A stretch of DNA of 64,000 nucleotides from the IMG/VR virus record IMGVR_UViG_3300025676_000004, positions 32,001 through 96,000 of that record. The stretch is one strand, 5' to 3'. The notes under the pieces were generated by a model that worked only from the letters and a program-made list of their open reading frames with translations, was not told the origin of the DNA and did no database searches. The first letter of the stretch is position 1; every line of letters starts with the position of its first letter. The translations under genes were made by a program, and so were the position numbers. Below are positions 42,497-53,075 of this stretch, one piece after another. This DNA comes from a virus. Its lineage: Duplodnaviria > Caudoviricetes.

Positions 42497-43288
42497 ATGA
42501 ATAATATAACCGAACTTTGGTATGTTAATAAACGGACAGGAATTGAAGAACAACTTTCTGACTCCGATGTACTTGCACATAAACGAGTAAACTACGAATC
42601 CCCAAAAGGCAAATATACACTCAGCATTACTCCTGTTGTTTTTGAAGAAGATGATAGATATTGGGCATACACTACTGGTAAGATTGTAACCAAAAAAGAA
42701 GACAAAACTGGCAAGATTTTGTTTACTGTTTTTAGGAATAGTGAAAAATTCCCTTTTGTATTTTTAGAAGGTCATAGTGATGGACACGACTATTTAATTT
42801 GTGGTGAAGATTACCAAGGACAAACCATTTTACAATTAGACACTGGCGAACGGATGGATTATATTGGTGAAAAGGCAAAACGAAATATGGAATTTTGTTG
42901 GCAGAAGTTTCATCTATCACCCAATGGAAAAACTTTGGCAGTCGAGGGTTATGCAAAAAATAAACCAAAGGATATGATTGAATACCGTTCGATTCGATTC
43001 TTTGATATAAAGAACCCACTTGATTTACCTTATAGAGAAGTTGGTAATAGGATTTCGTTCCATTACGATTCTGGAGTTGCTTGGGAAGATGATAATCATT
43101 TCACTATCTCTGTAGTAGAAGATAGGCGAAAAGAAGACTTGAAACGAGTTAAAGATTTACCAGAAGAAGAACGAATGAAATGTCTTGAAAGTGCCAATTA
43201 TGGTAAACGAAACACCGTATACAGTGTTCCTGTTGATGGTGGCGAGGAAGACATAAAAGAAGTATATTCCGAGTGGTTTAGCACTTGA
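42497..43288 (+). CDS. hypothetical beta-rich protein
   Basis: GGAG RBS before ATG 42497; FHLSPNGKTLAVEG resembles a propeller blade. Confidence 0.55.
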   Translation: MNNITELWYVNKRTGIEEQLSDSDVLAHKRVNYESPKGKYTLSITPVVFEEDDRYWAYTTGKIVTKKEDKTGKILFTVFRNSEKFPFVFLEGHSDGHDYLICGEDYQGQTILQLDTGERMDYIGEKAKRNMEFCWQKFHLSPNGKTLAVEGYAKNKPKDMIEYRSIRFFDIKNPLDLPYREVGNRISFHYDSGVAWEDDNHFTISVVEDRRKEDLKRVKDLPEEERMKCLESANYGKRNTVYSVPVDGGEEDIKEVYSEWFST

Positions 43289-43312
43289 CACAAAATATTT
43301 TTAAATTATAAT
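43285..43312 (+). promoter_or_regulatory. sigma70-type early promoter
   Basis: TTGACA-16 nt-TATAAT, 6 nt before ATG 43319. Confidence 0.8.
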
Positions 43313-43318
43313 GATGAT

Positions 43319-44431
43319 ATGTCTAAAAGAAAATACAGTTTAACCACAGAACCAATCTGGGATAACACAGAGGAAAGTGTTATTCGTTGTGTCTGTTGGT
43401 ACAGGACAAACACCAGTAGTAAAAATTGTAAAAAATGGACTCTTGAATATCTCAAAAAGAATGGTTTCTCTAAAGAAAATATAGAGTTTATTAGTGTATG
43501 CGACACTGCATCCTTTGAATTTGTTGGTCCTTATTGCAGAATATCTAACCAAGCAGATTGCAAATTACCCACTGAAGGCGGATGGCAATCTGCAATTGAT
43601 AGTAAGTTGAATTCTTTAATATTTCAAGGTAAAAGAAAACTTAAAGAACGAAAGAATCGAAACAATAAAAAACCAAAGGTGCAAACCACTTCAATTCAAG
43701 AACGAATTGAAAATCAAGTTTCTGAATTTATTGGCGATTTAGAATCCAAGATAGATTCCTTCCTTGATAGGGTAAGTATTGTTAAAAAATCCGATTACCT
43801 TGATGTTGTTGATTGGTTAAAAGAGTATGAAGTCAAATCCATACAATCAAAAATGATTGCAGATTACTTTAGAAAGTATGTAAAAGAATTAAAAAAAGCC
43901 TACTCTAAAAAAGATGAACAACTTACAGAGGGTTATAGTTTTTTGACTAGACCACAATTGAAAAAATTCATCGACTTCGTTGAGTATATTGTCACCACTT
44001 GCAATAACCACTCTGATATTGTCAAGAAAGCAAGAAAACCTCGCCGCAAGAAAAAGAAAGCACCAGGCGTAATTGTTAAAAAGTTACAATATGAAAAAGA
44101 GAATAAAGAGTTTGGTATCAAATCTATCGACCCAAAAATGATTATAGGTGCAACCAAATTGATTGTCTTTAATACCAAATATAAAAAACTTACGATTTTT
44201 GAATCATCGCCTCATGTAGAAGGTCTTTCCGTTAAGGGAACTACTATTGTTGGATTTGATGAAAAGAAATCAAGAGAGAAGACCGTACGGAAACCAAAAG
44301 AACTATTGAAAGATTGTGCAAGTTCTGGAATTCGTGCGATAAATAATAAGTACAATAAACTAACCACTAAGGAAAAAGTACCAACAGGTCGAATAAATAA
44401 GAACTGTGTAATTTTACAGGTAATGAAATGA
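43319..44431 (+). CDS. conserved T4-like hypothetical protein
   Basis: 370 aa basic ORF; EGYSFL, FNTKYKKL, TGRIN motifs; lies upstream of rnh. Confidence 0.65.
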   Translation: MSKRKYSLTTEPIWDNTEESVIRCVCWYRTNTSSKNCKKWTLEYLKKNGFSKENIEFISVCDTASFEFVGPYCRISNQADCKLPTEGGWQSAIDSKLNSLIFQGKRKLKERKNRNNKKPKVQTTSIQERIENQVSEFIGDLESKIDSFLDRVSIVKKSDYLDVVDWLKEYEVKSIQSKMIADYFRKYVKELKKAYSKKDEQLTEGYSFLTRPQLKKFIDFVEYIVTTCNNHSDIVKKARKPRRKKKKAPGVIVKKLQYEKENKEFGIKSIDPKMIIGATKLIVFNTKYKKLTIFESSPHVEGLSVKGTTIVGFDEKKSREKTVRKPKELLKDCASSGIRAINNKYNKLTTKEKVPTGRINKNCVILQVMK

Positions 44432-45270
44432 TTTTAATTGATATGAGTCAAGTGATACTGGGAAACCTTTTCGGATATACGAGAGATATTTCCCAAGTAG
44501 ATGAAGATGCTATTCGGCATCTAACATTAAATTCTTTGAGAATCTACAAGAACAAGTTTAAGAACTATGGAGAAATGGTTCTTGTGTTTGATTCTGGAGA
44601 TTATTGGCGTAAAGAAAACTTCCCGCACTATAAGGGAGTTCGCAAGGCAAAGCAGGAATCCAAAAAAGAAGAATGGTCTAAAATTTGGAGTATTGTACGA
44701 ACCATTTACGCAGAATTAGAAGAAACCTTTCCGTATAAAGTTATGAAAGTGGGCAGGGCAGAAGCAGATGATGTTATTGCACATCTCGCCAAGAAATTCC
44801 ACGCAACAGAAAAAATTATGATTGTGTCTTCTGATAAAGACTTCCAACAATTACAGCGTTATCCTAATGTGTCGCAGTTCAGTCCTAAGAATAAAGCAAA
44901 AGTTGTATGCAAGAAACCCAAGGAATTCCTTGTAGAGCATATCATTAAAGGGGATACCTCAGATGGTGTTCCTAATATCCTATCGGATGATGACACCCTA
45001 GTAAATCCCGACAAACGACAAAAAAGATTAACTAAGAAGGTATTGGATTCCATTAATGAAGACTTGTCTTTTGGCGAATTACCAAAAGGATACGAAGACA
45101 ATTGGAAAAGAAATCAAGAACTCGTTGATTTGGAAAAAATCCCAGATTGGGTAATTGAGAAGATTGAAAGTAAATGGAATACGCCGATTGCTGGCAAAAG
45201 AAGTAACATCTTTAACTATTTCATTCAACATAAACTAAAAAATTTAATGGAACACATCGGAGAGTTTTAA
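44428..45270 (+). CDS. rnh: RNase H / 5'-3' exonuclease
   Basis: MILIDMSQ, EADDVIA, SSDKDFQQL, GDTSDGVPN. Confidence 0.95.
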   Translation: MILIDMSQVILGNLFGYTRDISQVDEDAIRHLTLNSLRIYKNKFKNYGEMVLVFDSGDYWRKENFPHYKGVRKAKQESKKEEWSKIWSIVRTIYAELEETFPYKVMKVGRAEADDVIAHLAKKFHATEKIMIVSSDKDFQQLQRYPNVSQFSPKNKAKVVCKKPKEFLVEHIIKGDTSDGVPNILSDDDTLVNPDKRQKRLTKKVLDSINEDLSFGELPKGYEDNWKRNQELVDLEKIPDWVIEKIESKWNTPIAGKRSNIFNYFIQHKLKNLMEHIGEF

Positions 45271-45272
45271 AA

Positions 45273-45437
45273 GTGTCCAACAAAAAAGAAGACAAAAAAG
45301 AAGATGTCCCGCACAAATCCTTTAAAAAAGGAAAACAGCAAAGAGCAAAGAAGAGGCACAATGAAAAGCGGTTCATGAAAGAAATTCAAAAAGGTGATTA
45401 TGACTTAGGAAATATCGAAAATTTTGAAAAATGGTAA
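45273..45437 (+). CDS. small Lys-rich protein (54 aa; not in ORF track)
   Basis: GTG 45273 to TAA 45437 fills the rnh-gp45 gap; GGAG upstream. Confidence 0.55.
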   Translation: MSNKKEDKKEDVPHKSFKKGKQQRAKKRHNEKRFMKEIQKGDYDLGNIENFEKW

Positions 45438-45465
45438 TTGACATTATACCAAAATATGGTATATT
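45438..45465 (+). promoter_or_regulatory. sigma70-type early promoter (gp45 operon)
   Basis: TTGACA-16 nt-TATATT with an extended TG. Confidence 0.75.
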
Positions 45466-45492
45466 AAGTAAAACTGTTATGGAGAATATATT

Positions 45493-46179
45493 ATGACAAC
45501 AGCAACGCAAACGAAACTATCAAAGAAAACATTGGGTCTTCTGAAGAATTACTCTTCGATTAACTCTAATATTCTGGTGAAACCAGGCAGTACAATCAGT
45601 ACCATTTCACCTGTAAAGAATGTTATGTCACAATCGAAAGTAGAAGAAACATTCGATGTTCAATTTGGTATTTGGGATTTGAATAAGTTTCTGGGTGTGG
45701 TTTCATTGTTTGAAAACCCTACCTTTGAATTCAACGAAAAGTATGTAGACATTGAAAATGGCAACGGTTCATCCGTTCGTTATTATTATTGTGAACCATC
45801 ACTTCTCACAGTACCAACTAAATCAATTACTATGCCAGATAGTGTAGTGAGTTTTGATTTATCAAAAAGTGTATTGTCTGAGGTTCTTCGTGCATCATCA
45901 ATCCTACAAGCATCTGATTTGGCGGTTCGTTCAAACGATGGTAAAGTAGAATTGGTGGTAATGGATAAAGCAGATGTTTCAAGTAACACATACTCTATTG
46001 ATGTTGACGAAACAACCGATGCAGATTTTGCATTCTACTTTAAAGTAGAAAATCTCAAGATGGTTGATGGTTCATATACAGTAGATATTAGTGATAAGAA
46101 CATCAGTCAATTCACAAACAAAGGCACCGATACAACTTATTGGATTGCACTAGAAACGGATTCAAAATACAACGGATGA
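45493..46179 (+). CDS. gp45: sliding clamp
   Basis: LKNYSSINSNI, FGIWDLNKFL, YWIALE. Confidence 0.95.
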   Translation: MTTATQTKLSKKTLGLLKNYSSINSNILVKPGSTISTISPVKNVMSQSKVEETFDVQFGIWDLNKFLGVVSLFENPTFEFNEKYVDIENGNGSSVRYYYCEPSLLTVPTKSITMPDSVVSFDLSKSVLSEVLRASSILQASDLAVRSNDGKVELVVMDKADVSSNTYSIDVDETTDADFAFYFKVENLKMVDGSYTVDISDKNISQFTNKGTDTTYWIALETDSKYNG

Positions 46180-47126
46180 CAAACACACTCACAAAGGATT
46201 ATTTGTGGGTGGAGAAATACCGTCCACAAACCATAGAAACTTGCATTCTTCCTGTATCAATTAAAACCACCTTCCAACAGATGGTAGATGCAGGAGAAGC
46301 ACAGAACCTTCTTTTGTCTGGTGGAGCAGGATGTGGTAAGACCACAATTGCAAAGGCACTTTGTACCGAATTGGATTCTGACCATATTATGATTAACTGT
46401 TCGGAAGATGGAAACATCGACACACTCCGAACCAGAATTCGTAGTTTTGCCAGTTCCGTTTCAATTGCAGGCGGTAAGAAGATTGTTATTCTTGATGAAT
46501 TTGACTATGCAAACGCACAGTCGATGCAACCTGCCCTTCGTGGGTTCATTGAGGAGTTCTCTAAGAACTGTCGGTTCATTCTTACTTGTAACTTCAAGAA
46601 TCGAATCATTGAACCAATTCATTCACGATGTACTTGTATAGAATTTAGAATTCCGAACAAAGACAAACCTAAAATGGCTTCATCATTTTTGGATAGATGT
46701 AAATATATTCTTGATGATGAGGGTGTTGGGTATGATGAGAAGGTTCTTGCTGAACTTATCCTTAAACATTTCCCAGACTTTAGAAGGATACTCAACGAAC
46801 TGCAACGGTATTCTGTTGCAGGAACAATTGATATGGGTATTCTCACACAGATTGGGGAAATTTGTACCAAAGATTTGATTACTCATATGAAAGAAAAGAA
46901 CTTTACAGAAGTTCGTAAATGGGTAGTGCAAAATCTTGACAATGATACAACTCGTTTGTTTAGGAATCTGTATGATGGGTTCTATGAATATCTTGAACCA
47001 CAGTCAATTCCTACTGCCATTCTAATTTTGGCAGAGTATCAATACAAAGATGCATTTGTTGCAGACAATGAAATCAATACAACTGCGTGTCTTGTTCAAC
47101 TTATGATGGAGTGTAAATTTAAATGA
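46176..47126 (+). CDS. gp44: clamp loader large subunit
   Basis: LWVEKYRP, GGAGCGKTT, ILDEFD, SRC motif. Confidence 0.96.
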   Translation: MTNTLTKDYLWVEKYRPQTIETCILPVSIKTTFQQMVDAGEAQNLLLSGGAGCGKTTIAKALCTELDSDHIMINCSEDGNIDTLRTRIRSFASSVSIAGGKKIVILDEFDYANAQSMQPALRGFIEEFSKNCRFILTCNFKNRIIEPIHSRCTCIEFRIPNKDKPKMASSFLDRCKYILDDEGVGYDEKVLAELILKHFPDFRRILNELQRYSVAGTIDMGILTQIGEICTKDLITHMKEKNFTEVRKWVVQNLDNDTTRLFRNLYDGFYEYLEPQSIPTAILILAEYQYKDAFVADNEINTTACLVQLMMECKFK

Positions 47127-47425
47127 GTAGGGGGTTTAAACCAAGCAGAGGCAGGGTAGCAATACGACACATTGCAGGTGACAATACATCACCAAGTGGA
47201 ATCATCTACACAACGCAAGAGAATCCCCATTATAGTAAGGGACAGGTTCTATCAATAGGACATCCAGAATTACTACCGAATGGTACTCCAATTCCTGTAG
47301 ATTTTGAAGTAGGTGATTTTATTGTCTATAATAAAAAGGAAGGTTGGGGAGAATTTTCTGGTGTCCGTATTATTGTACCAGACCAAGTTGTGGCGATAAT
47401 TGACGAGGATACCCAAATCGGATGA
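47123..47425 (+). CDS. groES: GroES/Cpn10-like co-chaperonin
   Basis: KPSRGRV, mobile loop TSPSGIIY, GQVLSIG, EVGDFIVY. Confidence 0.8.
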   Translation: MSRGFKPSRGRVAIRHIAGDNTSPSGIIYTTQENPHYSKGQVLSIGHPELLPNGTPIPVDFEVGDFIVYNKKEGWGEFSGVRIIVPDQVVAIIDEDTQIG

Positions 47426-47805
47426 AACTCGGAGAATATCTAACAGCAATTAACTATTCCAAAGAACCTCTCTTTGACACAGAAGATACCACAGTGGAGA
47501 AAGAATATACACCTTATATCATTAACAGGTGTTTATCTAATTTTCCCGATACACTTCTGCAAGTCAACGAGATGAATTTTTGGTGTAGTATCGACAAGAA
47601 GATGCATTTTGATTTTCTTTTGAATGGCACAAGAACACGAAAACGATTTAGTAAATGGCTGAAAGATGTTAAACCAGAAGACTTTGCAGTAGTCAAAGAG
47701 TATTTTGGATATTCCGATAGGAAGACAAGAGAAGTGATGGACATATTAAATGCTGATGATATTGCAAATATGAAGTTAGATATGGATAAAGGTGGCAAAA
47801 AGTAA
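47422..47805 (+). CDS. gp62: clamp loader small subunit
   Basis: YLTAINYSK, YTPYIINRCLS, RKRFSKW, VKEYFGYS. Confidence 0.93.
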   Translation: MKLGEYLTAINYSKEPLFDTEDTTVEKEYTPYIINRCLSNFPDTLLQVNEMNFWCSIDKKMHFDFLLNGTRTRKRFSKWLKDVKPEDFAVVKEYFGYSDRKTREVMDILNADDIANMKLDMDKGGKK

Positions 47806-47810
47806 AAAAA

Positions 47811-47818
47811 TATAAATA
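47811..47818 (+). promoter_or_regulatory. gp55-type late promoter upstream of regA and the glycan cluster
   Basis: Intergenic TATAAATA. Confidence 0.65.
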
Positions 47819-47877
47819 CTCTGTGTTAGCATATTATTGTGGCACATCTCAATTATGAAATAATATGGAGTATTAAT

Positions 47878-48291
47878 ATGGAAGAACGATATATTGAAAT
47901 AGAAGTGAGTGACTTATTAGAAATCACTCTCAAGAAAGAAGATGATTTCTTGAAGGTAAAGGAAACCCTTACCAGAATTGGCGTTTCATCTCGCAAAGAA
48001 AAGAAACTGTGGCAATCGTGTCATATCTTGCACAAAAGAGGCAAGTATTACATAGTACACTTTAAAGAACTTTTTGCGTTAGATGGACTACCAACAAATC
48101 TATCAGACGAAGACCTTGCTAGAAGGAACACCATAGCAAACCTTTTAGAGGAATGGGAACTGTTGGAAATAGTAGACCAAGAGAAGTCAGAAGAACCAAT
48201 AATTTCTGTGGGTAAGATTAAGATTTTACCGCACAGGGAAAAAGATGAGTGGGAATTGTGTCCTAAATACCATATAGGTAAGAAAAGATGA
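47878..48291 (+). CDS. regA: translational repressor RegA
   Basis: DDFLKVKETLTRIG, QSCHILHKRGKYYIVHFKELF; start at ATG 47878 after GGAG. Confidence 0.96.
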   Translation: MEERYIEIEVSDLLEITLKKEDDFLKVKETLTRIGVSSRKEKKLWQSCHILHKRGKYYIVHFKELFALDGLPTNLSDEDLARRNTIANLLEEWELLEIVDQEKSEEPIISVGKIKILPHREKDEWELCPKYHIGKKR

Positions 48292-48306
48292 TGAAGGATT
48301 TATATT

Positions 48307-48954
48307 ATGATACCAAAGATTATTCACCAAATCTGGATTGGTGACCAGTCAAAACGACCAGACAATTTAATTGAAACTTGGTGTGAGAAAAATCCAACTT
48401 GGGAACATATGCTTTGGACGGATGAAAATCTTCCAGAGATATTCAATAAACCACAATTTGATGCAATGAAAGAATTGCCAGGCAAAGCAGATATACTTAG
48501 GTATGAACTGCTTTATAATATTGGTGGTATGTTTATAGATGCAGATGCAGAATGTCTAAATCCCCTTGATGATTTTTTTGTAGACAATGATTCATTTTGT
48601 TGTTGGGAAAATGAATATGTACGAACTGGTCTAATGTCGAATGGTTATCTTGGTGCATCCAAGAATAATTTGTTGATGCAAAAACTAATCAATAGAGTTG
48701 GACTAATTCCAACCGAAATATTAGAATCTGCACCAAATCTTACTGCATGGAAGATTACAGGACCAGCATTCCTAACAGACACTGTAAAACAATCTGCATA
48801 TAACCAATTAAGAATTTACCCATCTCATTATTTTATTCCTAGACATTACAGTGGATTAGAGTATAATGGTAACGAAAAGGTTTATGCTAACCAATACTGG
48901 GGTAGCACTGAAACCATCACTGGAAAGATGGGGATGACTTATGGACTTGCGTAA
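48307..48954 (+). CDS. glycosyltransferase family 32 (OCH1-like, DxD)
   Basis: IPKIIHQIWIG, ADILRYELLYNIGGMFIDAD, TGPAFLT. Confidence 0.9.
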   Translation: MIPKIIHQIWIGDQSKRPDNLIETWCEKNPTWEHMLWTDENLPEIFNKPQFDAMKELPGKADILRYELLYNIGGMFIDADAECLNPLDDFFVDNDSFCCWENEYVRTGLMSNGYLGASKNNLLMQKLINRVGLIPTEILESAPNLTAWKITGPAFLTDTVKQSAYNQLRIYPSHYFIPRHYSGLEYNGNEKVYANQYWGSTETITGKMGMTYGLA

Positions 48955-49588
48955 AGATGTACGGATAGATTGGATTACTGTTGAACTTGCCAAGGAAAGA
49001 CATCACAGAATGTCTGTGTTGTTTGATACATTTGGTTTCAGCAACACAAATCAAATTAATGGTAGACTAGTCGATAAATCAAATAAAACATTTATAGAAA
49101 TCCAAAAACTAAAGAGTCACGCAGTTGCAGAAACCCACGAACAAGCACTCGGACAGAAGGGTGAGGTGTTGATTCTTGAAGATGATGTCTGGTTCACAGA
49201 GGCAATGGTGCCAATTATTAATAACATTCCTTCTGATGCTGATGCAGTGTATTTGGGTACTTCTGTATACGGAATGGTGAATGGTATATCCACACCAAAT
49301 GGTACACAATATAAAAAAATAGATGATAATTGGGATAAGCCACTCAATATGTTAGGCATTCACGCAGTATTATATTTAACAGAATCATATAAACAAAAGG
49401 CCATTGAAAATCTTTTAGGTGCAAAAGATAATGGAATGTATTGTGATGAACCTATCGCAATAGATATGAAAAACCATAATGTATATTCTTGTGTTGTTCC
49501 GATGCTATATCAAAATGATGGACATAACAACAATGTAACTAGAATACCTTTACGACAAATGCAGATACCTGTAAGGGGTGGACAATGA
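48941..49588 (+). CDS. glycosyltransferase, GT25-like
   Basis: VLILEDDV, DAVYLG, GIHAVLY. Confidence 0.7.
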   Translation: MDLRKDVRIDWITVELAKERHHRMSVLFDTFGFSNTNQINGRLVDKSNKTFIEIQKLKSHAVAETHEQALGQKGEVLILEDDVWFTEAMVPIINNIPSDADAVYLGTSVYGMVNGISTPNGTQYKKIDDNWDKPLNMLGIHAVLYLTESYKQKAIENLLGAKDNGMYCDEPIAIDMKNHNVYSCVVPMLYQNDGHNNNVTRIPLRQMQIPVRGGQ

Positions 49589-50223
49589 AAGTAGTGGCAT
49601 ATAGTTTATGGGGAGAAGACCCAAAATATACAGTAGGTGCAATAAAGAATGCACAAGGAATTTGTGAATTATATCCAGAATGGATTGGAAGATTTTATTG
49701 TGGACAAAGTGTTCCTTCTGAAATTATTAAAGAATTAAAGCAAACTCCAAATACAGAAGTTATATTGATGGATGAAGATGGAGATTGGACAGGGATGTTT
49801 TGGCGATTCCTTTCAGCAGATAGTGATGATGTTATGTTATCGAGGGATACAGATTCACGAATCACACAACGAGAAGTGGATGCTGTATCTGAATGGTTGG
49901 AATCAGATAAAGATTTTCATATTATGCGTGACCATCCATACCACGGAACACAAATTCTTGGTGGGATGTGGGGATGCAGAAACGGAATATTAAAAGGTAT
50001 AAGTGAATGGATGGAAAAATACACCAAAGGAGATTTTTGGCAAGTAGACCAGAACTTCTTAAGGGAGATGATATATCCAAAAATACAAAACAACACTTTT
50101 GTACACGATGAATTTTTTGAGAAGAAACCATTTCCAACAAAAAGAAAACCAAGAGAGTTTGTAGGTCAGGCATTTAATGAGGATAACAGTGAGTGCGAAA
50201 CAAAGCACGGAGATATGGTTTGA
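49585..50223 (+). CDS. GT-A-like putative glycosyltransferase
   Basis: YSLWG..PKY..GAIKNA, MFWRFL, SRDTDSR, MRDHPYH, GGMWG, DQNFL. Confidence 0.65.
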   Translation: MKVVAYSLWGEDPKYTVGAIKNAQGICELYPEWIGRFYCGQSVPSEIIKELKQTPNTEVILMDEDGDWTGMFWRFLSADSDDVMLSRDTDSRITQREVDAVSEWLESDKDFHIMRDHPYHGTQILGGMWGCRNGILKGISEWMEKYTKGDFWQVDQNFLREMIYPKIQNNTFVHDEFFEKKPFPTKRKPREFVGQAFNEDNSECETKHGDMV

Positions 50224-51050
50224 GAATATTATTAATCCAAGAAAATGGAAGACACGAAGAGAATAGAAACTACAGAGAATGTTTTTCGTTGCAAAGGTCG
50301 TTTGAAAAGTTTGGAAATGACTGTGATGTGTGGGGATTTGGACACGACAACTTTGATGTTGTTCCTGATTGGGAATCTTATGATTGGATTATTAATTTAG
50401 AAAATTATGATAGCACTGGATGGGTGCCTGATTTGTCTGGTGTAAAGAATCCAAAGAAGTTTTTGTGGAGTATCGATGCACATTGCAGGGGAGAGGCAAT
50501 TTACGAAAATACTTTTAGAATAGGCAATTATGATATTCTCTTACATTCCACGAAAGACTTTGTAAAACAAAAATACCATCGTTGGTTTCCGAATGCATTC
50601 GATGATTCATTAATAAAACCATTGGACATCGAAACAAAATACGAATTGGGTTTCTGTGGAAACTATGTAAACAGAAAACCAATTCTGGAATGGTTAGAAC
50701 AGAATCACGGACTACATCTGGACATATTCGTAATCGGTGATGCTATGGTAGAAGCAGTCAATTCTTATAAATGTCAATTTAATCTTAATATTGGAAACGA
50801 TATAAACTATAGGTCGTTTGAAACTATAGGTTGTGGTACACTTCTTCTTACGAACCACAACTATCAGTATGAAGAACTTGGTTTTGTTGATGGTAAAAAT
50901 TGCCTAATGTACAAAAATCAAAATGAACTAGAAGAAAAAATTCAGTTCATCAAAACTAATAATGTTGAAGAAATTGCAAACAAAGGTTTTGAACTTTCTT
51001 TGAATAACACATATAATAATAGAGTAGAAGAACTACTAAGAAATGAATAA
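50220..51050 (+). CDS. GT-B glycosyltransferase (CgeB / Glyco_trans_1_2-like)
   Basis: FCGN...R, NYRSFETIGCGTLLLT; TTG start after GGAG. Confidence 0.8.
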   Translation: MRILLIQENGRHEENRNYRECFSLQRSFEKFGNDCDVWGFGHDNFDVVPDWESYDWIINLENYDSTGWVPDLSGVKNPKKFLWSIDAHCRGEAIYENTFRIGNYDILLHSTKDFVKQKYHRWFPNAFDDSLIKPLDIETKYELGFCGNYVNRKPILEWLEQNHGLHLDIFVIGDAMVEAVNSYKCQFNLNIGNDINYRSFETIGCGTLLLTNHNYQYEELGFVDGKNCLMYKNQNELEEKIQFIKTNNVEEIANKGFELSLNNTYNNRVEELLRNE

Positions 51051-51846
51051 AATGACTGCTTTAAGTATTTCAACAAAAGATGCCATATCTCTCATAAAGG
51101 ATAAAGGACTGAAGACTATACAAAATAGTTGGCACTTTAATTACAATATTGAAATATTTTATGAGAAGTGTGGACTTCTCTATGATAAAATAAATGAAAT
51201 TGTTTATTTAGACTATAAAAACTTATTGGGACCTTGGAGTCCTCTACCAATTTGGACACTGGATGGGAACGCAATTCCGTTGCACTATAGTCTTCAAGAA
51301 ATCGACATCACCCCCAATGAAGATACTTTCTATTTTTGGAGAACTATAACGAATAATTTCGATGATTATTTAAATATAAGAACAAAAAGAGCGAAGAAGC
51401 AGAATCATTTCCCCACAATTTCTAGTTATAACAAACTAAAAAATAATGAAAATATTAGATTAATGATTTTTGATTTTAATTTGAAGAATTATAGTGAAAT
51501 CGAAAGAAACCAAAAGGCAGACTGGCACGCGGGTGCGGCCACATACTTACAGCACCCAGGCGTTGGTTGGTCTAGTTCTCCAGAAGAATGGAAAAAAATG
51601 GCATATCTGTATCACGAAGATGAAGTTGTTGCAACGGCTCCCATATTAGTTGATAATAATAGCATTTCCTTATTAAACACTACTGCAAAAAGAACAAAGT
51701 ATTCGTATGGAGTTATTCTTTGTTGTGAAATCATTAAATGGTGTTGTGAAAATGGAAAAATGTCTTTTGATTGTGGTATATCAAAAGATAGGGGTTGCTA
51801 TAAGCAAAAATCTTTTTTAGATTGTATTGGGGTTTATGGAAAATAA
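51043..51846 (+). CDS. putative GNAT-fold acyltransferase
   Basis: C-terminal YSYGVILCCEIIKWCCENGKMSFDCG...YK resembles GNAT/FemAB-type C-termini. Confidence 0.5.
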   Translation: MNKMTALSISTKDAISLIKDKGLKTIQNSWHFNYNIEIFYEKCGLLYDKINEIVYLDYKNLLGPWSPLPIWTLDGNAIPLHYSLQEIDITPNEDTFYFWRTITNNFDDYLNIRTKRAKKQNHFPTISSYNKLKNNENIRLMIFDFNLKNYSEIERNQKADWHAGAATYLQHPGVGWSSSPEEWKKMAYLYHEDEVVATAPILVDNNSISLLNTTAKRTKYSYGVILCCEIIKWCCENGKMSFDCGISKDRGCYKQKSFLDCIGVYGK

Positions 51847-52393
51847 AAAATTAGACAATCTTGATTTGGAATGGGTGAATTGTGCTTCAGGTGACGGTAC
51901 TTGGTATGCCAATTCTGCAAATAATCATTTTTTGGATATCGTTTCAAACATCACCAACACGAACAAAATGAATTTTCTTGATATTGGATGCGGTAAGGGT
52001 GGAGTCATATTTTTGGCATCTGATATATTCAATAATGCTATTGGGGTAGAGAGAAATAAAAAATGTTATGAGGTTTGTTTGGACAATCTAAAGGAATTAA
52101 AAAATTGTAAAATCTACAACTTAGATGCTAATGATTTTAACGATTATGAAAATATTGATTTCGTTTATATGTACAATCCATTTGGTAACAAAACAATGAA
52201 GAGTGTTTTGGACAACATAAACAAATCTCGTATTAATAAACCAAGAGATATTCTCATATTATACAAAAATCCAATAGAAAATGATTTATTATTGGAAAAT
52301 GGGTTTGTTTGCATTTCGACTCATAACGACCATACAAGAGAAGACAATATGGTTAGTAAATTATACAAAAAGGATTATGGAAATGTTAGTTAG
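51836..52393 (+). CDS. class I SAM-dependent methyltransferase
   Basis: FLDIGCGKG, GVE, YMYNPF. Confidence 0.85.
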   Translation: MENKKLDNLDLEWVNCASGDGTWYANSANNHFLDIVSNITNTNKMNFLDIGCGKGGVIFLASDIFNNAIGVERNKKCYEVCLDNLKELKNCKIYNLDANDFNDYENIDFVYMYNPFGNKTMKSVLDNINKSRINKPRDILILYKNPIENDLLLENGFVCISTHNDHTREDNMVSKLYKKDYGNVS

Positions 52394-53075
52394 AGTTGAT
52401 GATTTCCCTCACCTGTCCCCAAAAGAGTTTCACGGTCATTTGTATTTTGATGATTATAAAGAAAAGGCATTACAATGGATTCTTCCGTTTGAGAAACATA
52501 AAATAGATTACATCTTGGGCGTGACTCCGCTACTAATAGACGAATCAGATATCGAATTTTTAAATGAACATATAAAACACGGAAGAATAGTTATGCACGG
52601 GTTTGACCATTCTTTTGCTTCTTGGAAAATATTACAATCGCTAAACATACCAATAACATCAACTTGGAACAATGGTGGAGAATTTGTAAATTGGAATAGA
52701 AAAGAATTGTCAATTAGATATAACCTCTGCAACAAATATATGAAAGACATATTGCGGTATGATGAAAATCATTTCATACCCCCATTTAATGCCATAACAC
52801 AAAATCTTTTGGATTTTCTAAACGAAGAAACAAAAGTAAGTACAATACACGACACTTCTATATGTAACGAACAACAAAACCACAATAGATTCAATTATGG
52901 GAATCTAAATAATATGATTGCCATATCAAACAAAGAATCAGCAGACATAAAAACAGTTATCAACAACCTAACAAAAAAAACAAAATATATTGTTTTGCAT
53001 TGGATTTTTGACTATCAAAATTTAGATGACTATGGTACACTAGCAGAACACATAAGGAAAATAAATGATGAATAA
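52383..53075 (+). CDS. polysaccharide deacetylase-like (CE4/DUF2334)
   Basis: RVDD, LGVTP, MHGFDH, FIPPFN, VLHW. Confidence 0.8.
   Translation: MLVRVDDFPHLSPKEFHGHLYFDDYKEKALQWILPFEKHKIDYILGVTPLLIDESDIEFLNEHIKHGRIVMHGFDHSFASWKILQSLNIPITSTWNNGGEFVNWNRKELSIRYNLCNKYMKDILRYDENHFIPPFNAITQNLLDFLNEETKVSTIHDTSICNEQQNHNRFNYGNLNNMIAISNKESADIKTVINNLTKKTKYIVLHWIFDYQNLDDYGTLAEHIRKINDE

Noticed and set aside
51836-52393. NPF-containing methyltransferase as cognate DNA methylase of the PvuII-like nuclease
   Set aside because: Too short, with no target-recognition region, and embedded in the glycan cluster; more likely a small-molecule or sugar methyltransferase
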